The notes under the pieces are model-generated. The model had not been told where the DNA came from, made no database searches, and saw only the letters and a list, made by a program, of their open reading frames with translations. Positions 1 to 9,362 of a stretch of 64,000 nucleotides of DNA are shown piece by piece (position 1 is the stretch's first letter; each line of letters starts with the position of its first letter). The translations under genes were made by a program, and so were the position numbers. Source of the stretch: an uncultured Bacilli bacterium (GTDB lineage Bacteria; Bacillota_I; Bacilli_A; RF39; UBA660); NCBI GenBank assembly GCA_934154785.1, contig CAKPGL010000001.1, positions 266,814 through 330,813 of the forward strand. The letters are read 5' to 3'.

Positions 1-146
1 TGCGTAGTCATGCTTCTTGGTATTTAAAAGGTATACCAAATGCTAGTAGTTTACGTAGTAAAATAAACAAGGTTAATACTATAGAGGATTTTAATCAAAT
101 ATTGGATGAATTTTTGAAAGGAAATTATTATGAAGAGCAAATTTAG
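1..146 (+). CDS. dusB: tRNA-dihydrouridine synthase (Dus family), 3' end only, partial at the window edge
   Basis: Frame-3 translation ...RSHASWYLKGIPNASSLRSKINKVNTIEDFNQILDEFLKGNYYEEQI* resembles the conserved Dus C-terminus. Stop TAG at 144-146. dus-lysS neighbourhood as in Bacillus. Confidence 0.45.
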   Translation, partial: RSHASWYLKGIPNASSLRSKINKVNTIEDFNQILDEFLKGNYYEEQI

Positions 147-723
147 TAATAGATTTTTAGCGTATTTAATAGATATAATTATAGTTGCTTTAGTGTTTTT
201 ATGTTTAAATTCTTTTATGCCAAAAAATCATAATATTAGTGTCTTAGAAAATGAGATTACAGATTTACGTTCTAGTTATTTAAAAAAGGAGATAGATACT
301 AAAGTTTATTTTAATAGGTATGCTATTATCAGAAAAAACTTAGATCAACAATATATACCAAGTAATATTTTAAATGTAATTATAATTCTATGTTATTTTG
401 TTCTAGTTCCTTATTATTGGGATGGTAAAACAATTGGTAAAAAAATATTTAAACTTAAAATAGTTAAATCAGAACCTAATGAAAAAGTTAGTTTAAATAA
501 TTATTTAGTTCGTTCAATTATAAACAATGGTGTTTTGTGTTTTTTAATATCAATGTCTACAGTATTTTTATTTGACGATTCTAAATATCTTTTAATAACA
601 ATAATTTGTGGAATTTTACAATTTTTACTAGTAATTATTAGTAGTTTTATGATAATATATAGGCATGACAAAAAGGGAGTTCACGATTTAGTTAGTGGAA
701 CTCAAGTTATAAAAGAAGGGTAG
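130..723 (+). CDS. RDD-family integral membrane protein
   Basis: 197-aa ORF with N-terminal RFLAYLIDIIIVALVF (RDD-like) and several hydrophobic helices. ATG at 130 overlaps the dus stop. Confidence 0.45.
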   Translation: MKSKFSNRFLAYLIDIIIVALVFLCLNSFMPKNHNISVLENEITDLRSSYLKKEIDTKVYFNRYAIIRKNLDQQYIPSNILNVIIILCYFVLVPYYWDGKTIGKKIFKLKIVKSEPNEKVSLNNYLVRSIINNGVLCFLISMSTVFLFDDSKYLLITIICGILQFLLVIISSFMIIYRHDKKGVHDLVSGTQVIKEG

Positions 724-731
724 TGTATGAA

Positions 732-2201
732 ATGAGAGAACTTTCAGAACAAGAAATAGTAAGAAGAGATAAATTAGAGGAAATTAGAAAGTATACTAAT
801 CCTTATCCTGAAAAGTATGAAGTAACAAATACTTTGTTAGAAGCAAGAAGTTTAGAGGATGGTACTAAAGATGTTCGCATAGCGGGACGTATTGTATTTT
901 TAAGAAAAATGGGTAAGTTAAGTTTCTTTCGTTTACGTGATCTGGAAGCTGATATACAAGTTCAATTAAAAGCTGATGTAACTAATCCAGAGGATTATGA
1001 ATTCTTTAAAAAATTAGTTGATTTAGGTGACTTTTTAGGTGTGGATGGCGAAATCATTACAACCCAAACTGGGGAAAAGACTTTACTTGCTAGTTCCCTT
1101 AAGTTTTTAGGTAAAGCTTTAAAACCTCTTCCAGAAAAGTTTCATGGTTTAAATGATACTGAACTAAAATATCGTCAAAGATACGTAGATTTAATATCAA
1201 ACGAAGAATCTAGAAGAGTATTCTTAGGAAGAAGTAAATTATATTCTTTTATTCATAAATTTTTAGGTGAAAACGGTTTCCTACAAGTAGAAACACCAAT
1301 TATGCAAAATGCTGTTTGTGGTGCTGCAGCTAGACCATTCTACACACATCATAATGCTTTAGATATGGACTTCAATTTAAGAATTGCTCCAGAAACTTAT
1401 TTAAAACAATGTATTGCTGGTGGTTTTAATCGTGTTTATGAAGTTGCTAAATGTTTTAGAAACGAAGGAATGGATACTGAACACTTACAAGAATTTACAC
1501 AAGTAGAGTGGTATGCTTCATATTGGAATTTTGAAGATAATATTAAATTCTATCAAAGATTTATTAAATCTTTATTAATGGAATTATTAGGAACTACAAC
1601 AATTGAATATAAAGGTAATAATTTAGATTTTGGTGTTGAATCTTGGGACAAAATTAACTATGTAGAAAAAATGCGTGAAATTTTAGGCTTTGATTTCCTT
1701 GATATTGAAGATCCAACAGAATTGAAAAATAAAATAGTAGAAAAAGGACTATTTACTTTTGATGATTTAGAAGAATATAAGTCTGTTAGCCAAATTATTG
1801 ATTTTGTTTATAAGAAGACTATTAGAGAAAATATTGTTCAACCAACAATTATGTATAATTATCCAGCTTTCTTAATTCCACTTGCTCGTCGTAATGATAA
1901 CGACAGTAGAATAATAGATGTTTTCCAAGTTGTTGCGAGTGGTACAGAATTGTGTAAAGCTTATTCAGAATTAGTTAATCCAATTGAACAAAGAGCTGCT
2001 TTTGAAGACCAATTAAAAGCCAAGGCTCAAGGTGATGAAGAAACTATGGAAATTGATGAAGGATTTATGGGTGCCATGGAACAAGGTATGCCTCCAATTT
2101 CAGGATTAGGTTTCGGGATTGATAGATTACTTATGATTATTTATAATCAACCATCAATTAGGGATGTAGTATTATTCCCAATGATGAAAGATAAAGATTA
2201 G
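732..2201 (+). CDS. lysS: lysyl-tRNA synthetase (class II)
   Basis: Long ORF with class-II LysRS character. N-terminus ELSEQEIVRRDKLEEIRK...NPYP, class-II motif 1 ELLG and an FRNEG motif. Likely start ATG 732; the ORF track starts at GTG 723, which is too close to the GAAGGG RBS. Confidence 0.9.
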   Translation: MRELSEQEIVRRDKLEEIRKYTNPYPEKYEVTNTLLEARSLEDGTKDVRIAGRIVFLRKMGKLSFFRLRDLEADIQVQLKADVTNPEDYEFFKKLVDLGDFLGVDGEIITTQTGEKTLLASSLKFLGKALKPLPEKFHGLNDTELKYRQRYVDLISNEESRRVFLGRSKLYSFIHKFLGENGFLQVETPIMQNAVCGAAARPFYTHHNALDMDFNLRIAPETYLKQCIAGGFNRVYEVAKCFRNEGMDTEHLQEFTQVEWYASYWNFEDNIKFYQRFIKSLLMELLGTTTIEYKGNNLDFGVESWDKINYVEKMREILGFDFLDIEDPTELKNKIVEKGLFTFDDLEEYKSVSQIIDFVYKKTIRENIVQPTIMYNYPAFLIPLARRNDNDSRIIDVFQVVASGTELCKAYSELVNPIEQRAAFEDQLKAKAQGDEETMEIDEGFMGAMEQGMPPISGLGFGIDRLLMIIYNQPSIRDVVLFPMMKDKD

Positions 2202-2217
2202 ATAGGAGATAATAGAT

Positions 2218-3411
2218 ATGAAATTTTTATCTGTAAATGCTGGTAGTTCATCATTAAAGTTTCAAGTATATGAAATGCCAGAAGAAAAAGTATTAATTAG
2301 TGGTTATGTAGAAAAAATTGGTTTACCAGATTGCTTTTGGAATGTTAAAATCAATGGTGAAAAAATTAGAACAGAACGTTATTTAAAAGATCACTCTGAA
2401 GCAGTTCAAGTTTTAATTGATGAATTATTAAAAACCAACGTTGTTAAGAGTTTAGACGAAATTAAAGGAGTAGGACATAGAGTTGTTCATGCTGGTGAAA
2501 CATATTCTAATTCAGTAGTTATAACTGACGAAGTAATGAACGTAATTAAAGAAAATATCAAACTTGCTCCACTTCATAATCCTGGTAATATAGTTGGTAT
2601 TGAAGCTATGCAAAAAGCATTACCAGGTGTTCCAATGGTAGCGGTATTTGATACTGCTTTCCATCAAACAATGCCAAAAAAGAATTATATTTATCCTGTC
2701 CCTATGGAATGGTATACAAAATATGGAGTACGTAAATATGGTTTCCATGGTACTAGTCATAGATATATTACTGGTGCTATGCAAGAAAAATTAGGTAAAG
2801 AGAATGTAAACTTAATTATTTGCCATATTGGTAGTGGTGCTAGTATTTCCGCTATTAAAGATGGTAAAAGCTATGATACTACAATGGGTTTAACAGCACT
2901 AGATGGTTTAATGATGGGAACACGTAGTGGTTCTATTGATCCTTCAATAATAGAATATGTATGTAAAGAAACTGACAAGACAGTTGGTGAAGTTACTACA
3001 GCTTTAAATAAGCAAAGTGGTTTCTTAGGTATAGCTGGTGTATCTGATTGCCGTGATGTTGAAAGTCTTGCTAAAGAAGGAAATGAAAATGCTTTATTAG
3101 CTCTTGAAATGTATTCTGATAGAATAGCAAAATATATTGCTGATTACTATCTTGAATTAGATGGCAATGTAGACGCTATCGTATTTACAGCAGGTGTTGG
3201 TGAAAATGGTTTTGCTATGCGTAGTGCCATTGTTAAAAAATTAAATTGCATTGGTATTTGCTTAGACGAAGATTTTAATAGTAAAGTAGCAAGCTTTAAA
3301 GATATTAAAGAAGGAAAGATAAGTTCTAATGATTCAAAAGTAGATGTATATGTTGTACCTACAGATGAAGAAGTAATGATTATAAGAGATACTTATGAAT
3401 TAGTAAAATAA
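2218..3411 (+). CDS. ackA: acetate kinase
   Basis: 397 aa. MKFLSVNAGSSSLKFQVYEM N-terminus, HRVVHAG and FDTAFHQTMP motifs typical of AckA. RBS GGAGATAA upstream. Confidence 0.9.
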   Translation: MKFLSVNAGSSSLKFQVYEMPEEKVLISGYVEKIGLPDCFWNVKINGEKIRTERYLKDHSEAVQVLIDELLKTNVVKSLDEIKGVGHRVVHAGETYSNSVVITDEVMNVIKENIKLAPLHNPGNIVGIEAMQKALPGVPMVAVFDTAFHQTMPKKNYIYPVPMEWYTKYGVRKYGFHGTSHRYITGAMQEKLGKENVNLIICHIGSGASISAIKDGKSYDTTMGLTALDGLMMGTRSGSIDPSIIEYVCKETDKTVGEVTTALNKQSGFLGIAGVSDCRDVESLAKEGNENALLALEMYSDRIAKYIADYYLELDGNVDAIVFTAGVGENGFAMRSAIVKKLNCIGICLDEDFNSKVASFKDIKEGKISSNDSKVDVYVVPTDEEVMIIRDTYELVK

Positions 3412-3437
3412 TTGCGTCTTGCAATTATTTTTTTTGA
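3410..3437 (+). terminator. rho-independent terminator after ackA
   Basis: Hairpin AATTGC-gtct-TGCAATT followed by a T8 run. Confidence 0.6.
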
Positions 3438-3488
3438 GTTTTTTAAAAAATAGTGTATAATGGATTTGTATTAGATTGGCGGGATTTT

Positions 3489-4457
3489 ATGTATAGTAGC
3501 TTAATGTTTAATAAAATTTATAGAAAGATAAAAAAATATAATACTATTGTTATAGCACGTCACGTAGGTGCTGACCCTGATGCCTTAGCAAGTCAAATTG
3601 CTTTAAGGGACTCTATAAAGAAAACATTTCCTAAAAAAGATGTATATGCTATAGGATACCCGGCTTCTAAATTTAAATACTTAGGTAATTTGGATAAATT
3701 TCAAGAATCTATGTATGAAAACTCACTATTAATAGTTACTGATACACCTGATAAAAAAAGAATTGACGGTGTTGATCCTGATAGATTTGATTATTCAATA
3801 AAGATAGACCATCATCCTTTTATAGAAAAAACTTGTAAATTAGAATTAATTGATGATACTGCTAGTAGTGCTAGTCAATTAGTTATTGAATTAATATTTA
3901 AATCAGGATTAAAATTAGATAAAGATATAGCGGGTAAACTTTATATAGGTTTAGTTGCGGATACTAATAGATTCCTATTTTCGTATACGACAGATAAAAC
4001 ATTTTCATTAGTATCAAAATTAGTTAATAAGACTAATTTAAACTTTGGACCACTATATGATAATCTTTATATGCGACCTTTAAAGGAAGCAAGATTTCAA
4101 GGATATATAACAGAACATATGACTATTACAGAACATGGCTTAGGTTATATTTTATTGGATGAAAAAACATTAACTGATTTTGATGTTGATGCCGCAACGG
4201 CTGGCAATATGGTTAATAATTTTAATTATATTGATGAAATTGTTGCTTGGGTAGTTTTCTCTTATGATAAATCTAATGATACTATTCGTGGTTCTATTAG
4301 ATCTAGAGGTCCAATTATTAATGAAGTAGCGTCACATTTTAATGGTGGTGGTCATATATTTGCTAGTGGTGTTAGATTAAAAACTAATGAAGAAGTAGAT
4401 GCCCTAGTACAAGAATTAGACGAAGTATGTGATAAATATCTTGATAAAAATAAATAA
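3489..4457 (+). CDS. nrnA: DHH/DHHA1 phosphoesterase (NrnA-like bifunctional oligoribonuclease/pAp phosphatase)
   Basis: IARHVGADPDALAS, DTPD, DHH(P), GGGH motifs. Start moved to ATG 3489, because an extended -10 TGTGTATAAT (3448-3457) overlaps the ORF-track GTG start at 3453. Confidence 0.75.
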   Translation: MYSSLMFNKIYRKIKKYNTIVIARHVGADPDALASQIALRDSIKKTFPKKDVYAIGYPASKFKYLGNLDKFQESMYENSLLIVTDTPDKKRIDGVDPDRFDYSIKIDHHPFIEKTCKLELIDDTASSASQLVIELIFKSGLKLDKDIAGKLYIGLVADTNRFLFSYTTDKTFSLVSKLVNKTNLNFGPLYDNLYMRPLKEARFQGYITEHMTITEHGLGYILLDEKTLTDFDVDAATAGNMVNNFNYIDEIVAWVVFSYDKSNDTIRGSIRSRGPIINEVASHFNGGGHIFASGVRLKTNEEVDALVQELDEVCDKYLDKNK

Positions 4458-4485
4458 AAAATTTAGACAATGTTTCTAAATTTTT

Positions 4486-4872
4486 TTATATTATAGGATT
4501 TTCTACATCTGCCACTTGACCTTCATTAGTAGGGTTAAGCACGATATATAAAGTTATAATAGCGGCAATAATAGTTAAGTAAGACGCTGCTATTTGTAGT
4601 TCATAAGGCTTTAAATTTTCTCCTTGTTCTTTAGAAATTTTATATAATGCATAATTGATAATTAAAAATATAATGGCTGTTACTAAAATAAAGGTACGGT
4701 TAAAAACAGATATTTTTTGTGTCTGTTCAGCATTAAATAGTGTTTTTTCACCTTTAATCTCTAATTTTTCGTTATAAAGAAGTAATATAGAAACAATAAT
4801 TTCAATGATGCTAATAACAGATACAATTATTTGAGCATATATAGCAATAATTTCTTTTTCTTCATTACTCAT
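4486..4872 (-). CDS. hypothetical small membrane protein
   Basis: 128-aa ORF with 3-4 hydrophobic helices. Overlaps the upstream minus-strand gene by 8 nt (coupled). Confidence 0.3.
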   Translation of the reverse strand: MSNEEKEIIAIYAQIIVSVISIIEIIVSILLLYNEKLEIKGEKTLFNAEQTQKISVFNRTFILVTAIIFLIINYALYKISKEQGENLKPYELQIAASYLTIIAAIITLYIVLNPTNEGQVADVENPII

Positions 4873-6067
4873 TATATTCTCTTAACTTTTTAATTTCATT
4901 TAGCTCACTTATAGTAACAAATTGAAAACCCTTCTTTTTTAATGTATTTATAATTTCAGGTAGGGCATCCTTAGTTCTTTTATAAGTATCATGCATTAAG
5001 ATTATATCCCCATCTTTAGTATTTCTAGTCGCCCGTTTTATAATTTGTGTTTTATTTTTTAATTTCCAATCTAAAGTATCTACATTCCATAATGTTACTT
5101 CTAAATTTATTTCTTTTCGCATTTCTTTAGGAATATCTCCATAAGAAGGTCTAAATACTTTTGGTAAATATCTAGTATATTCAAATATTACTTCTTGGGT
5201 TTTACTTATTTGATTTTTAATTTCTATTTCATCAAGATGTGCTAACCATTTATGGTTATAGGTATGATTTCCTATTTCATTGCCATTTTCAAGCATTTTA
5301 AGTAAAGTTTCTTGACCATATGGTACCTTATTACCTAAGACAAAAAATGTTGCACAGATACCGTTATCTTTTAAAATATCAAGTATCTCATTTGTGTATT
5401 TACTAGGACCATCATCAAATGTTAGTGTTACTATAGGTTTATTAATATCTATAGTTTTTTCTTCTTTTTTAATACTATTTATATTATCTACATCTAATTT
5501 ATTTTTTTCATTTATTACAAAATTAAATTTAATATCTTCTAGAGGAATTTGAATTAAATATTCTTTTTTACTTAAATTAATGTAGAAGGTTAAATAATTT
5601 TTTCCAATATAATATTTATCTAAGTTAACACTATTATTTATTTTTTTATTGTATTTTGCTTTAAACTCTTTTTTTATGTTAGTAATTAGTTCTTTTTTAT
5701 TTAAAATGTCACCTATATCTATAAATTTATTATTATTTTTATCAAATAAATATGTATATATTTTTTCCTCTTTTTTATCTATAAATGTAGTTGCTTTAAT
5801 TATAATAGAAATATAATTTTCATTTATTATTTGGTATTCAAAGTCTATATTTAGTTCGGAGTCTTCTTTTTTTGAATTATTAAATTCATTTTTTATATGA
5901 TTTATATCTTTGCTAATAGCGTTATCTAATTCAAATATTCCAAAAACAGGGTATTCGATTATTGAAAACTCTTTATCTTTATTAATAGAAGTATGAATAT
6001 AATTATACTTTTCTTTTGTACAACCAGTAAAAGTAAGTAACACTAATAATATTAATAACTTTTTCAT
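4865..6067 (-). CDS. lipoprotein with C-terminal NodB-type polysaccharide deacetylase domain
   Basis: Lipobox LTFTGC at the N-terminus. C-terminal TFDDGP...HTYNH...LMHD motifs of the carbohydrate esterase 4 (NodB) family. Confidence 0.6.
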   Translation of the reverse strand: MKKLLILLVLLTFTGCTKEKYNYIHTSINKDKEFSIIEYPVFGIFELDNAISKDINHIKNEFNNSKKEDSELNIDFEYQIINENYISIIIKATTFIDKKEEKIYTYLFDKNNNKFIDIGDILNKKELITNIKKEFKAKYNKKINNSVNLDKYYIGKNYLTFYINLSKKEYLIQIPLEDIKFNFVINEKNKLDVDNINSIKKEEKTIDINKPIVTLTFDDGPSKYTNEILDILKDNGICATFFVLGNKVPYGQETLLKMLENGNEIGNHTYNHKWLAHLDEIEIKNQISKTQEVIFEYTRYLPKVFRPSYGDIPKEMRKEINLEVTLWNVDTLDWKLKNKTQIIKRATRNTKDGDIILMHDTYKRTKDALPEIINTLKKKGFQFVTISELNEIKKLREYNE

Positions 6068-6211
6068 ACCATCACCTTATTAATCTTATTCAAATAATCA
6101 TTTTAAATATGCTTGATAACAATTAATTATTTCTATATTTCTTAGTTAAAGTAAACATTTAATACTTCATTTTTGGAATATAATAAGGTGAATTTAGAGA
6201 GGAGGTATCAT

Positions 6212-6556
6212 ATGAATGGATTAATTCCTTCAAATTTATTAGATATTTTAATTTCTAGTACAGTTTTAGGTGTAATAGTCATGGCTATAATTCAAAAATT
6301 TAAAACGTTTGAATGTATTAATAATAGTTGTTATATATGGTTACTTAATATAATATTATCACTAGGCTTGGCAATACCATTTTCTATGTGCTTTTATAAC
6401 TATGATTTATTAACTAGTTTTTGGGTTGGAATATTCTCATTTGCGGAGGCTCCAACCATATATGACTGGCTAAAAAAACAAAACTTAATTGGTACAAAAG
6501 TAAATGTTTTTGAAAAAGAAAATAAAGAAGAAAAAAGTGAAAATCTAAAAAACTAA
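6212..6556 (+). CDS. hypothetical membrane protein
   Basis: ORF with 3 predicted TM helices. Start placed at ATG 6212, preceded by GAGGAGG; the ORF-track start at 6173 has no RBS. Confidence 0.3.
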   Translation: MNGLIPSNLLDILISSTVLGVIVMAIIQKFKTFECINNSCYIWLLNIILSLGLAIPFSMCFYNYDLLTSFWVGIFSFAEAPTIYDWLKKQNLIGTKVNVFEKENKEEKSENLKN

Positions 6557-6661
6557 ATTATTAAAAAACAACAAAAAAAGTAATTTTTCCAAAAAAGCGA
6601 ACATTACCGAAAATGACAATATTCCTTTATAAAATAAGGATAAATTGCTGTTTATATAACT

Positions 6662-6710
6662 AAAAGTTTATTTTAAAAAAATAAACTTTTTTTAGTTTTT
6701 TAAAAAACTA
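6662..6710. terminator. two adjacent perfect AT-only palindromes (13-bp stem hairpin and 18-bp palindrome)
   Basis: AAAAGTTTATTTT-aaa-AAAATAAACTTTT, then TAGTTTTTTAAAAAACTA, followed by T/A runs. Bidirectional terminator-like. Confidence 0.4.
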
Positions 6711-6806
6711 AATTTTTTAAAAAATATTTTTTTGCTATTTTTGTTGATATATAAGGGCAAACTATATACTACCGTTTTTTGTATCAAAAAAAGTCGAAAA
6801 AAAGCA

Positions 6807-6835
6807 TTGACTAATGAATTTTTATGATATACAAT
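6807..6835 (+). promoter_or_regulatory. sigma-A type promoter for nrdD
   Basis: TTGACT-17-TACAAT with a TG two nt upstream (extended -10-like). The ORF-track ATG at 6824 lies inside it. Confidence 0.45.
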
Positions 6836-6859
6836 TTAGGTGTAAAAAGTAGGAGAGAG

Positions 6860-9181
6860 ATGTATATGAACAAGACTGAAGAACTATTAGAAAATTTAAC
6901 TGTTGTTAAAAGAGACGGTAAAAAAGTTTCTTTTAATGGTACAAAAATTGCTGTAGCAATCAAAAAAGGCTTTGACAGCATTCCTAAAGTATATGATGAC
7001 GATGAAGAAGAAAAATCAGTATATACTGAAAAAGATATTCAAAAAGTTTATCAATCTGTAATTAATCGCATTGAAAAAGATTATAAAGATAGTGAAAAAA
7101 TTAAGATTGAAGAAATTCAAGATATTATTGAAGAGCAATTAAAAAAATTAAAATATGACGATGTATATGAATCTTTTTCAGAATATCGTGAGAGAAGAGC
7201 TCAATCTCGTGAAATGTTTATGGATGATAAAAAAAGACATAAATTTTTAAAAACCCTAGAAGGTTTAGGATTAAAATCCGCTAGTGAAGATGACACTAAA
7301 AGAGAAAATGCTAATGTAGATGGTGATACCGCAATGGGAACCATGCTACAATATGGTAGTACAGTTTCTAAAGAATTTGCTAAATCATACTTGATGAAGA
7401 AAAAATATTCTGATGCTCATGATGATGGTGATATTCATATTCATGATATGGACTTCTTACCAATGGGTACTACAACTTGTATGCAAATTGATTTGGAAAA
7501 ATTATTTAAAGGTGGTTTTTCTACGGGTCATGGACATTTAAGAGAACCAAATGATATTATGTCTTATACTGCTTTAGCAGCGATAGCTGTTCAGTCAGAT
7601 CAAAATGATCAACATGGTGGACAAAGTATTCCAGCTTTTGATTATTATATGGCACCTGGAGTTTTAAAAACATTTAAGAAGCAATTTAAACAACTAATTG
7701 CGGATTATCTAGATTATTCTGAATTTGGTAATTTTATTTGTATGAATACCATTGTTAAAGAAATAGATAAATTAGAAAGTATTGATGTTGATTTATCAAT
7801 CTTTGATAGAGTTTGTAAAGATTCAGATGAAGTAAAAAGATTATTTAAGTTAAGTTATGAAAAAGCTTTACAAAAAACAGACCGTATTACTTATCAAGCG
7901 ATGGAAGCATTTGTTCATAATTTAAATACAATGCATTCTAGAGCTGGAGCTCAAGTACCATTTTCTTCTATTAACTTTGGTACTGATACTTCTAGTGAAG
8001 GTAGAATGGTTATGAAAAACTATTTACTTGCTGTAGATGCGGGCCTTGGTCATAATGAAACACCAATATTCCCAATATCTATTTTTAAAATAAAAGAAGG
8101 GGTAAACTATAATCCAGAAGACCCTAACTATGATTTATTTAAACTTTCTTGTAAAGTATCCGCTAAAAGATTATTCCCTAATTTCTCATTCATGGATTCA
8201 CCATTTAATAAACAATATTATAAAGGTGATTACAAAACAGAAGTATGTTACATGGGATGTCGTACTAGAGTAATGGGCAATGTTGTAGATCCTGATAAAG
8301 CAGTTACTCCAGGACGTGGTAATCTATCATTTACATCTATTAACTTACCAAGACTTGGTATTAAACATGGTATAGTTCTTGGAAATAATGAAAAAACAGA
8401 TTTAAAAGGTTTCTATGCAGAACTTGATGATTTGATGGATTTAGTTAAAGATCAATTACTAGAAAGATTTGAAATTCAATGTAATAAAAGAGTTTATAAC
8501 TTCCCATTCTTATTAGGACAAGGTGTTTGGATAGACTCTGAAAAATTAAAACCAACTGATAGATTAAGAAAAGTATTAAAACATGGTACTTTATCAATTG
8601 GATTTATTGGTTTAGCAGAGTGCTTAAAAGCATTAACTGGTAAACATCATGGTGAAGACGAAAAATCTGCTAAATTAGGACTTGAAATAATTAAACATAT
8701 GCGTCAAAGATGTGATGAATATGCAGAGAAATATAATTTGAATTTTACGTTATTAGCAACACCTGCTGAAGGATTATCTGGAAGATTTGTTAATATAGAT
8801 AAAGCTGTATATGGAAAGATAAAAGGTGTTACAGATAGACCTTATTATACTAACTCATTCCATATCCCAGTTTACTTCCATATTTCTATAGCAAATAAAA
8901 TAAAATTAGAGGCACCTTATCATGAACTTACAAATGCTGGACATATTTCTTATATTGAATTAGATGGTGATCCTAGTAAGAATGTTGAAGCATTTGAAAA
9001 AATTGTTCGTATGATGAAAGAAAATAATATGGGATATGCCGCTATTAACCATCCAGTTGATAGAGACCCTGTATGTGGTTACGTAGGTGTAATTGGTGAT
9101 GTTTGTCCAGGTTGTGGCAGACGTGCTAATGAAGCTGTTAGTGTTGAAAAGTTACATAGTTTAAGTTGCGATTGTAAATAA
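6860..9181 (+). CDS. nrdD: anaerobic ribonucleoside-triphosphate reductase (class III RNR), catalytic body ending in the Zn-ribbon and lacking the glycyl-radical segment
   Basis: RBS AGGAGAGAG then ATG 6860/6866. C-terminus INHPVDRDPVCGYVGVIGDVCPGCG...SVEK aligns to the E. coli NrdD Zn-ribbon INHPVDRCHECGFTGE...CPKCG...SVTR. The ORF stops (TAA 9179-9181) exactly where RVCGYLG...FNAGK would follow. Confidence 0.9.
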   Translation: MYMNKTEELLENLTVVKRDGKKVSFNGTKIAVAIKKGFDSIPKVYDDDEEEKSVYTEKDIQKVYQSVINRIEKDYKDSEKIKIEEIQDIIEEQLKKLKYDDVYESFSEYRERRAQSREMFMDDKKRHKFLKTLEGLGLKSASEDDTKRENANVDGDTAMGTMLQYGSTVSKEFAKSYLMKKKYSDAHDDGDIHIHDMDFLPMGTTTCMQIDLEKLFKGGFSTGHGHLREPNDIMSYTALAAIAVQSDQNDQHGGQSIPAFDYYMAPGVLKTFKKQFKQLIADYLDYSEFGNFICMNTIVKEIDKLESIDVDLSIFDRVCKDSDEVKRLFKLSYEKALQKTDRITYQAMEAFVHNLNTMHSRAGAQVPFSSINFGTDTSSEGRMVMKNYLLAVDAGLGHNETPIFPISIFKIKEGVNYNPEDPNYDLFKLSCKVSAKRLFPNFSFMDSPFNKQYYKGDYKTEVCYMGCRTRVMGNVVDPDKAVTPGRGNLSFTSINLPRLGIKHGIVLGNNEKTDLKGFYAELDDLMDLVKDQLLERFEIQCNKRVYNFPFLLGQGVWIDSEKLKPTDRLRKVLKHGTLSIGFIGLAECLKALTGKHHGEDEKSAKLGLEIIKHMRQRCDEYAEKYNLNFTLLATPAEGLSGRFVNIDKAVYGKIKGVTDRPYYTNSFHIPVYFHISIANKIKLEAPYHELTNAGHISYIELDGDPSKNVEAFEKIVRMMKENNMGYAAINHPVDRDPVCGYVGVIGDVCPGCGRRANEAVSVEKLHSLSCDCK

Positions 9182-9199
9182 AGAATAGGAGATAATAAT

Positions 9200-9361
9200 A
9201 TGAAAGATGAAAAAAGTGTAAAAGAAACTTCAAAAAAAATGGTTGGTGAAGGTGTAGGTTTTGAAAGAATCAGAAGAATTACTGGTTATTTAGTAGGAAC
9301 TGTTGATAGATTTAACAATGCCAAACGTGCTGAAGTTGAAGATCGTGTAAAACATTCATAA
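9200..9361 (+). CDS. stand-alone NrdD glycyl-radical domain peptide (53 aa)
   Basis: Own RBS AGGAG (9187-9191) then ATG 9200, in a different frame from nrdD. Peptide ...GFERIRRITGYLVGTVDRFNNAKRAEVEDRVKHS matches the NrdD C-terminal radical motif R-x-C/T-G-Y-L...F-N-x-G/A-K-x-x-E-x-x-x-R-V-K-H. Confidence 0.6.
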   Translation: MKDEKSVKETSKKMVGEGVGFERIRRITGYLVGTVDRFNNAKRAEVEDRVKHS

Positions 9362-9362
9362 T

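Noticed and set aside
6615-6665. 16-codon mini-ORF (MTIFLYKIRINCCLYN) with tandem Cys codons in the long nrdD upstream region, considered as an attenuation leader peptide
   Set aside because: No RBS, and no linked terminator/antiterminator alternative structures. It lies 200 bp from nrdD in AT-rich DNA where such ORFs occur by chance.
6750-6840. Possible NrdR boxes upstream of nrdD (CAAACTATATACTACC and TTATGATATACAATTT)
   Set aside because: Poor match to the 16-bp palindromic NrdR consensus, and the spacing is not the canonical about 31-32 bp. More simply explained as promoter -35/-10 sequence.
6824-6859. ORF-track start of nrdD at 6824 (MIYNLGVKSRREMY…), and similarly the GTG start of the DHH gene at 3453
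   Set aside because: Both fall inside the predicted -10 elements of their promoters. Downstream ATGs with proper RBS spacing were preferred.
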